IMG/VR virus record: IMGVR_UViG_3300037067_014415
Span: 21,692 to 85,691 of that record
DNA: 64,000 nt
From: a virus
Lineage: Duplodnaviria; Caudoviricetes
Reading direction: 5' to 3' (one strand)
Both the position numbers and the translations under genes were made by a program. Below the pieces are notes generated by a model. That model had not been told where the DNA came from, ran no database searches, and worked only from the letters and a program-made list of their open reading frames with translations. Below, one piece after another: positions 57,999 to 64,000 of this stretch (the stretch's first letter is position 1; every line of letters starts with the position of its first letter).

Positions 57999-58219
57999 AA
58001 GAGATTGATAGACTGAATGCTGAGATTGTGCAAAAAAAGGAACAGTTAAAAAATGTGAAAGGTCGTGAGATCGAGGTGTATACCAGAATTGTAGGATATT
58101 ATCGTGCAATTAAGAACTGGAATCTAGGAAGAGCAGCAGAACAGAAGAAAAGAAAAGTGTTTGATATGAAAGCTTCTATGGATAAAAAAGAACTTGACAT
58201 TAACAATAAAATGCAGTAA
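57986..58219 (+). CDS. small protein matching the NrdD C-terminal motif
   Basis: EVYTRIVGYYRAIKNWNLGR.AE. Confidence 0.75.
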   Translation: MRSVEEIDRLNAEIVQKKEQLKNVKGREIEVYTRIVGYYRAIKNWNLGRAAEQKKRKVFDMKASMDKKELDINNKMQ

Positions 58220-58222
58220 GGT
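58194..58222 (+). promoter_or_regulatory. sigma70-type promoter P4
   Basis: TTGACA-17 nt-TAAGGT; shares the TTAAC extension. Confidence 0.6.
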
Positions 58223-58234
58223 TTAAATGGAGGT

Positions 58235-58702
58235 GTGGTAGTGAATAAGTTAGAGAAAATTAGGATTAAATATCCATTAACAGGATCGTGTTCGTTAGGA
58301 TGGAAATATGGACAAATAAAGTATCTTATTAATGGGTGGATAAGTAGACATCCGGATCCGTTAGTGCCTATTGCTTTTTGGATTAATAGTAAGTACCAAA
58401 TAGTAGAGTGTGAATATGAAGATGTTTGGAACAGGACACATAGTATATGTTATGTTGAACCAGATAAACCCCCAACATTGACAGCGTGTAAAAAGTCAAA
58501 AGAAATATTGAAGACTGATTTGAGTGGATTAGAAATTAGTGAGCTTGGGCAGGTTGTGGAAGCTGGTGGTGCAGTAAAGAATGGTGCTGTTTATGAGAAA
58601 ATGTGGAATAAGTTAAAGGAGACGTATAAACAATTTATTTGTCCTTCTAAAGCAGGTGAGTTGGCTATTATGAAAGTAATTGAAGAAAGGTATTTGGAGT
58701 AA
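58235..58702 (+). CDS. hypothetical protein
   Basis: 155 aa, GTG start after GGAGGT. Confidence 0.55.
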   Translation: MVVNKLEKIRIKYPLTGSCSLGWKYGQIKYLINGWISRHPDPLVPIAFWINSKYQIVECEYEDVWNRTHSICYVEPDKPPTLTACKKSKEILKTDLSGLEISELGQVVEAGGAVKNGAVYEKMWNKLKETYKQFICPSKAGELAIMKVIEERYLE

Positions 58703-59059
58703 ATGAACATTCAGTTTTTTCTTAATAATTTGTGGTTGTGGAAGTGTGGTATGTTGGAAGTAAATAATGAAAAAGAGGATTATAGTAGTATGATTAAGTC
58801 TGAATGGTCTAATGAATTTGAGAAATTTATGAGAAATAGGCTTTTAGTTGGTAGTTTAAGATATGGTAAGTTGAATAGTGAAAAACCTGTTTATGCTCGA
58901 GTAAGAAGTATTGAGAAAAGATTGAGTGCATTTAAAGAGACTAAAAATAAAGAGATTTTAGTTGATATTGCTAATCTATGTATGCTTGAATTTGAAGAGG
59001 GTGATGGTGAGTTTAATGCTCTGGATGGTTCAGAGCATACAAGTATAAAAGGAGTGTGA
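58703..59059 (+). CDS. MazG-like / dNTP pyrophosphohydrolase-fold protein (tentative)
   Basis: NRLLVGSLRYG...LVDIANLCMLEF helical motif. Confidence 0.4.
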   Translation: MNIQFFLNNLWLWKCGMLEVNNEKEDYSSMIKSEWSNEFEKFMRNRLLVGSLRYGKLNSEKPVYARVRSIEKRLSAFKETKNKEILVDIANLCMLEFEEGDGEFNALDGSEHTSIKGV

Positions 59060-59062
59060 AAG

Positions 59063-59728
59063 ATGAAATTAATTAAACCTTATTTTGAGATAATTACGCC
59101 GATAAATAGGATTGCTGTTTTAAAAAAGATAGAACAGTGTGGCAGAGTGTGTTATAAATCAGAGGATAGGATAACAGAGGATTCTGCCAGTGAGTTTGTT
59201 TTACAGATTGATAAAAGACAGCATTATTCTGTATTGGAGCATGAAATTATAACGGTGAAAATTGTGTGTGATCGTGGTGTTTCACATGAAATAGTAAGAC
59301 ATCGAATTGCTTCATTTAGTCAGGAATCAACCAGGTATTGTAATTATTCAAAAGATAAATTTGACAATCAATTAACGTTTATAATACCAAGTTGGTTGTG
59401 TATTGAACCAAATGAGGTAGATGCTTTGTTTTCTAATTGTGAAAAATATGATAGTGCGGAGTTGCAATGGATAAAAAGTATGAGCAAGGTGGAAAATGAA
59501 TATATTCAGTATATGTCTTATTATGGTTGGACACCGCAGCAAGCCAGGTGTGTGCTTCCTAATAGCTTAAAGACTGAAATTGTGATTACTGCTAATTTAA
59601 GAGAATGGCAGCATATATTTAGGCTGCGATGTGATAAAGCAGCACATCCACAAATGCGGGAGATAATGGTTCCTTTACAGGAAGTATTTAGAAAGGAATT
59701 GCCAGAAATATTTGGAGTATGTAAATGA
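59063..59728 (+). CDS. thyX: FAD-dependent thymidylate synthase
   Basis: HYSVLEH, RHRIASFSQESTRY, AHPQMR. Confidence 0.95.
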   Translation: MKLIKPYFEIITPINRIAVLKKIEQCGRVCYKSEDRITEDSASEFVLQIDKRQHYSVLEHEIITVKIVCDRGVSHEIVRHRIASFSQESTRYCNYSKDKFDNQLTFIIPSWLCIEPNEVDALFSNCEKYDSAELQWIKSMSKVENEYIQYMSYYGWTPQQARCVLPNSLKTEIVITANLREWQHIFRLRCDKAAHPQMREIMVPLQEVFRKELPEIFGVCK

Positions 59729-60384
59729 AAACACATTATGGTGCTGGAAAGATGGAAAGACTTTTAGAGAGTATTCTTGAACAGTTTAATGATAATGGCA
59801 TTAATGTGGAGGATATGGTTCCAGAACAGAAATTGATTGAATGGGCTAAAGATAAAGAAATAAATGGTATTTGGAGTGATAGGGATATTCAAGAATTTGC
59901 TTCTGAAAATTATGAACCAGGTGATGTCTTTACTAAAGAGCAGATTATAGAATGGTGTAAGAATAATCTGGAAAGTGGTGATTTGGTATGAAAGTGATAC
60001 ATGAAGAGTTTACAGCAGTATGTAAAAATTGTGATTTGTTTTCTATTGCAGGTGGAGTTCATAGTGAGAATTCCTTGAGGTTGGTGGCAGAAGTACATAG
60101 TAAGAATACAGGACATGATGTGCTTGTGACTATAGAAAAGAATTATGTGATAGAGGGAAAACATGATTGAAGTAGATTTGACAGAAGATGACCATATGTG
60201 TTTAGGATTTGCTTATAATGCAATATATGATAAGTATGTAAAGGCAAAAAGAAGTAGACCAAAAGAACCGGAAGATGTTTCCTTGAATAATTTAAGGATT
60301 GATACCTACGGGGATCAGTTAAGAAGGTTACAGGTTATTTTAAAAGACAAGTTAAAGATAAACTGTGAGTTTAAGGATTTATAA
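59725..60384 (+). other. three small hypothetical ORFs (59725, 59988, 60163)
   Basis: overlapping + strand ORFs. Confidence 0.55.
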
Positions 60385-60387
60385 TTA

Positions 60388-60416
60388 TTGCTTTTCTATA
60401 TTAAACTATGTATGAT
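60388..60416 (+). promoter_or_regulatory. candidate promoter
   Basis: TTGCTT-17 nt-TATGAT with TG extension, 20 nt before the ATG. Confidence 0.5.
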
Positions 60417-60435
60417 TAGTGCATTGGGGGAGTTT

Positions 60436-63336
60436 ATGGAAAACTATTCAGATTTGGATACTGTAAAAAAGCATTTATTAAGTGTTTTGAAAAAGAAAAG
60501 AATTGTGTTAGGTAAAGGAGAAACGGTGCTTTCTCCTTTGTTGTTTAAATCGTTTATGCAGAGTATGGAAAAATCAAAAGCATACCCTGTAGGTACTGTC
60601 CGGGAATGGAAGGGACATAGCTATAAGAAGATAGCACCGGGTAAATGGAGAAGGATGTATAGGGGAGACTCAAAAGGAAAGCGAATATCAATAGGTCGAT
60701 TAATGGCATCTATACAGAAAGCAGAATCATTTAAAGAACTTATGGATATAATTAAGAATAATTTCTCTAGGTTTCAAGATGAAGATAGGAAGATTGATCC
60801 TGTTGTTAAGCAGTTATTAACAGCGGCAAGAGGAAAGAAAGGTGAGATTGAGCCTAGAGTGCATGAGGTAAAAGAACCAGAGCCTGTGGTGAGTGTTGAA
60901 GAAACAGAGATTGAGAAGTTGCAGAAAGAAATAGCTGAATATGATGAGATAATCAAAACAGGTAAAGTAGGAACAGGTGCTTTATTGTCTTCTGCCAGTA
61001 TAAAGCAGATTGAAAAGTTAAGGGATGCGGCTAAAAAGCAGCTGGAAGGGTTGGAACCTAATAAAAAGAAAATAGATAGTGATTTGACAGAAAATGGATA
61101 TCATTTTTTAAATAGGGAGATGGATCATACAGATAAGTTGGTGGATAATCCAACAAAGCCTTATATTTCACCAAATGGTGGTGATATGCAACCATCATCT
61201 GATTTTTATATGAAATTACAATCAAAGGAGTATCCTCAGTATGATTTTCGTTTTGAAATTGAAAAAAGATCTTCCCCTTTTAAGGTAAAGGATAAAACAT
61301 TACGAACGTATTATGTACTTGTGGGGTATCCGAAGAAGGTTGATAATGAGGCAACAAAGGTGGAAAAATTACGAGGTGAATTAAGTGCTGTAAAGTCTGA
61401 ATTACAAAAGGATAGGGAAGAAAGAATTGCATATATAAATAAAGAAATAGCAAAGTATGAGAAAATGAGGGATTCTGGAGAAAGTGAGACTGGGAATAAG
61501 TTGTCTAATTTGGATATTAAAAAGGCAAAAAATATAATATCAATTCATAAGAACCAATTAAAAGAAATTGAGGGGTATATTGCGGCTGATAAGGAAAAGG
61601 AAGCAGTAAAGGAAGCAGTAAAGGAAGCAGTAAAGGAAGCAGTAAAGCCAGAAATAAAGCCAGAAGCAGAAAAGGAAAGTGAAGATGATAAAACTATTCC
61701 AGAAGAATTAACTTCACCAACTAAAGTTGATGAGCCAGATAAGATTGATGAAATTATAAATAAAGAACCGGAGAAGATAAAGGTTAAGGTGCCAAGGGTG
61801 AGGGATCCTAAGAAGATTCAAAAGGTGATTAATAAGGCCACTCCGGAGAATAGGAATGAGGTGAGTGCTATGATAAATGGGTTTGATCCGGCAGTAGAAA
61901 CGCAGGCAGCGGCTATGGAGAAGAAGCCGTATGTATTTTTACCAAAGACAAAAGAATATGAAGGGGTTGGTAAGGTTTTGGATTATACAGAAGTCCCACC
62001 TATTCATCTTCAATTGTTTAATGAAAAAACAATACTAAACAAAGAAAGACCTTCATTTGTGCCAGTGATAAATGAAGGTTATTTTGATTATTCTAACAAT
62101 CAAGTAGTTGCTGTAAAGATTGCAAAAAACAGATATCTTTTACGCACTGAACGGTTATTAGGGGGATCTGTTAATACAGAAAGTTCAGAGGGGGGTTATG
62201 CAGTTGTGTCTTTGGATGTTTTGGCGATAGCACAGCATTATTATTTAACAAAGAAAAAGGCAGAATATAAAATTGCAATCAAAGAGTCAGATGAAAAGTC
62301 AAAGAAATTTTATGCAAGGGCAATTGATGATGAATTAGCAAGTATTGAGAAGTTGAAAAAGGAAGTAGTTGTTCCAGGACAAGAAAATATATATAAAATG
62401 AGATTGAATGGAAAATTGGAAAATATAAAGGTTTATCAAGCATATATTGATGGTACACGTAAGATTAAGCATAGAGGTGGAGTAAAAGCACCTAAAATGT
62501 TAGGTAAGAATAAAATGTCATATGAACAGTCTGGTTTTTATTCAAACATGGGTGTTAAGAGTAGTACAGAAAAGTGGAGTAAACAAAGAGAGTTGATGGA
62601 AGATTTACAGAATAAAATGAATGATATGCAAATTCAATATGAAGATAATTTAGGAACGTATACAAAGGGTAAAGAAACATCATATGGTGATAAAGGTACA
62701 AAGGATACTATTTTAAAGTCACATGGTGTTAGAGTTAAAAGACAGAATGGTGATGAAATAAATGATAGTGAGGTGAAGCAAATATCAGATGCATTAGATG
62801 ATATATATGGTGTGTTTGGTAATCGTAGTGACATGGCAACTAAATTTGGATTAAAAATATCGCATAGTGGTGAGGTGTTGATGCATGCTAGAAAAGCAGT
62901 TGGTATATATACTCCACAGTATCGTGCAATTGGTGTGTCTGCAGCACATGGTGTTGGTGGTTTTGGGTTTACATTGTCTCATGAATGGGCACATTTTATG
63001 GATAACTATTTGGGGAATTCAAAAGGGTGTAATTATGCAAGTGATGATTATGGTGGTATAACATATGAGGTGGCTAATACATTCAGAAAGAATATGAAGC
63101 TTCCACAAGGTTCTGGTTATCAAAATAGAACGTGTGAGTGCTTTGCAAGAGCATTAGAGCAGTATTTTGCCCATAAAACATTTGCACAAGAAGTTTATCA
63201 GGAAAATAATAATTATAGAGGCAATCATCCATCCATTGAGGTGTTTGAGAAGGAAGTAAAGCCTTTGATTGAAAAATGGTTTCAGGAAAATGATAGTTTG
63301 TTGAAGTCTCTATATGTACCGGTGGTGATAAAATGA
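60436..63336 (+). CDS. large polyvalent protein with C-terminal zincin-like metallopeptidase
   Basis: KAYPVGTVREWKG N-terminal motif; HEWAHFMD...ECFARALEQY. Confidence 0.65.
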   Translation: MENYSDLDTVKKHLLSVLKKKRIVLGKGETVLSPLLFKSFMQSMEKSKAYPVGTVREWKGHSYKKIAPGKWRRMYRGDSKGKRISIGRLMASIQKAESFKELMDIIKNNFSRFQDEDRKIDPVVKQLLTAARGKKGEIEPRVHEVKEPEPVVSVEETEIEKLQKEIAEYDEIIKTGKVGTGALLSSASIKQIEKLRDAAKKQLEGLEPNKKKIDSDLTENGYHFLNREMDHTDKLVDNPTKPYISPNGGDMQPSSDFYMKLQSKEYPQYDFRFEIEKRSSPFKVKDKTLRTYYVLVGYPKKVDNEATKVEKLRGELSAVKSELQKDREERIAYINKEIAKYEKMRDSGESETGNKLSNLDIKKAKNIISIHKNQLKEIEGYIAADKEKEAVKEAVKEAVKEAVKPEIKPEAEKESEDDKTIPEELTSPTKVDEPDKIDEIINKEPEKIKVKVPRVRDPKKIQKVINKATPENRNEVSAMINGFDPAVETQAAAMEKKPYVFLPKTKEYEGVGKVLDYTEVPPIHLQLFNEKTILNKERPSFVPVINEGYFDYSNNQVVAVKIAKNRYLLRTERLLGGSVNTESSEGGYAVVSLDVLAIAQHYYLTKKKAEYKIAIKESDEKSKKFYARAIDDELASIEKLKKEVVVPGQENIYKMRLNGKLENIKVYQAYIDGTRKIKHRGGVKAPKMLGKNKMSYEQSGFYSNMGVKSSTEKWSKQRELMEDLQNKMNDMQIQYEDNLGTYTKGKETSYGDKGTKDTILKSHGVRVKRQNGDEINDSEVKQISDALDDIYGVFGNRSDMATKFGLKISHSGEVLMHARKAVGIYTPQYRAIGVSAAHGVGGFGFTLSHEWAHFMDNYLGNSKGCNYASDDYGGITYEVANTFRKNMKLPQGSGYQNRTCECFARALEQYFAHKTFAQEVYQENNNYRGNHPSIEVFEKEVKPLIEKWFQENDSLLKSLYVPVVIK
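61597..61644 (+). repeat. 4 x 12-bp tandem repeat AAGGAAGCAGTA (KEAV)
   Basis: four exact copies. Confidence 0.95.
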
Positions 63337-63719
63337 CTAGTAAAATAATTTGTTTTGATTTTGATGGTGTAATAGCAAAATTTGATTGTTCTGAGTGTAA
63401 AGTATGTATGAAAAACACCTGTAAAGGGTGTGATAACTTTGGCACACCTATTCAATCCACAATTGATGTAATAAACCGATTATATGATGAAGGGCATATC
63501 ATTTTAATATGGTCTGTGAGGCGGAAAAGTGGGGCACTAGAGCGATATTTACATGAAAGTGGTGTAAATTATCATCTTATAAACTCTTTGCATTACAACC
63601 CCGCTGGCACGTCTATAAAGCCATATTATGATGTGCTGGTGGATGATCGGGCAGTAGGGTTTGATGAAAATATGAATTTATATGAAGAGATTATGAAAAT
63701 ATTGAATAAAAGTAGTTGA
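63333..63719 (+). CDS. HAD-superfamily phosphatase
   Basis: FDFDGVI, WSVR, KP...DD. Confidence 0.8.
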   Translation: MTSKIICFDFDGVIAKFDCSECKVCMKNTCKGCDNFGTPIQSTIDVINRLYDEGHIILIWSVRRKSGALERYLHESGVNYHLINSLHYNPAGTSIKPYYDVLVDDRAVGFDENMNLYEEIMKILNKSS

Positions 63720-63744
63720 CATTAACATTATAATCTAGTATGAT
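63716..63744 (+). promoter_or_regulatory. sigma70-type promoter P5
   Basis: TTGACA-17 nt-TATGAT. Confidence 0.85.
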
Positions 63745-63770
63745 ATGAGAAGAGTTGAAAAGGGAAGGTG

Positions 63771-64000
63771 ATGGAAGATTTAATTGTAAGACCAAATATA
63801 GCTGATTTGTATCGGATGAAGTTAGAGTATTTGGAAAATATGAGTAAATTAGCTGTTTTGGATAGAGATATTCATAGTTTAATTACTCCATATAATGGTT
63901 ATCTTTCTTATGATATAAAGTGGGGGCATAATTTCAGAGAAAGTGGAAGAAATTTAAAAGCAGAAGAATGTAATGAAAAGTATATTGATAGAATTATATG
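63771..64000 (+). CDS. partial ORF running off the window end
   Basis: GGAAGGTG RBS; MEDLIVRPNIADLY... Confidence 0.6.
   Translation, partial: MEDLIVRPNIADLYRMKLEYLENMSKLAVLDRDIHSLITPYNGYLSYDIKWGHNFRESGRNLKAEECNEKYIDRII

Noticed and set aside
20688-61644. CRISPR-like arrays at the short repeats (20688, 43585, 52141, 61597)
   Set aside because: All are in-frame coding tandem repeats without spacers
1-64000. Minus-strand ORFs in the track (e.g. 4174-4758, 43452-43886, 52080-52286, 55868-56368)
   Set aside because: They are shadows of + strand genes with Ser/Phe/Leu-biased composition; poly-Ser ORFs are the antisense of D/E repeats; I saw no convincing RBS or family motif
1-64000. Stop-codon reassignment
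   Set aside because: Standard-code ORFs tile the + strand densely, and TAA, TAG and TGA all end genes at sensible boundaries

Overview
A 64 kb segment of an AT-rich, contractile-tailed (myovirus-type) dsDNA phage genome, with all credible genes on the + strand. 1-13.8 kb: tail sheath, tube, chaperone, tape measure, baseplate and fibre genes. 13.8-18.3 kb: lysis genes and a glycan-related accessory module. 18.4-26 kb: small early genes and a replication-initiator cassette with internal iterons. 26-48 kb: phage replisome and recombination operon (split SbcC with SbcD, sigma-like factor, primase, intein-containing SNF2 helicase, DnaB, clamp, split PolA, clamp loader, UvsY, SSB, RecA, resolvase). 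48-64 kb: terminase, portal, accessory and anti-defence genes, ThyX and a polyvalent protein. I saw no capsid, integrase, tRNA, CRISPR array or reverse transcriptase. Strongest leads: a 38-aa hyper-acidic peptide missed by the ORF track, a PolA apparently split into two subunits just before motif A, a free-standing sigma region-4 protein alongside five identical TTGACATTAAC promoters, an Acb2/Tad1-like protein, and several structured intergenic RNAs. All family calls come from reading motifs by eye; no database searches were run.
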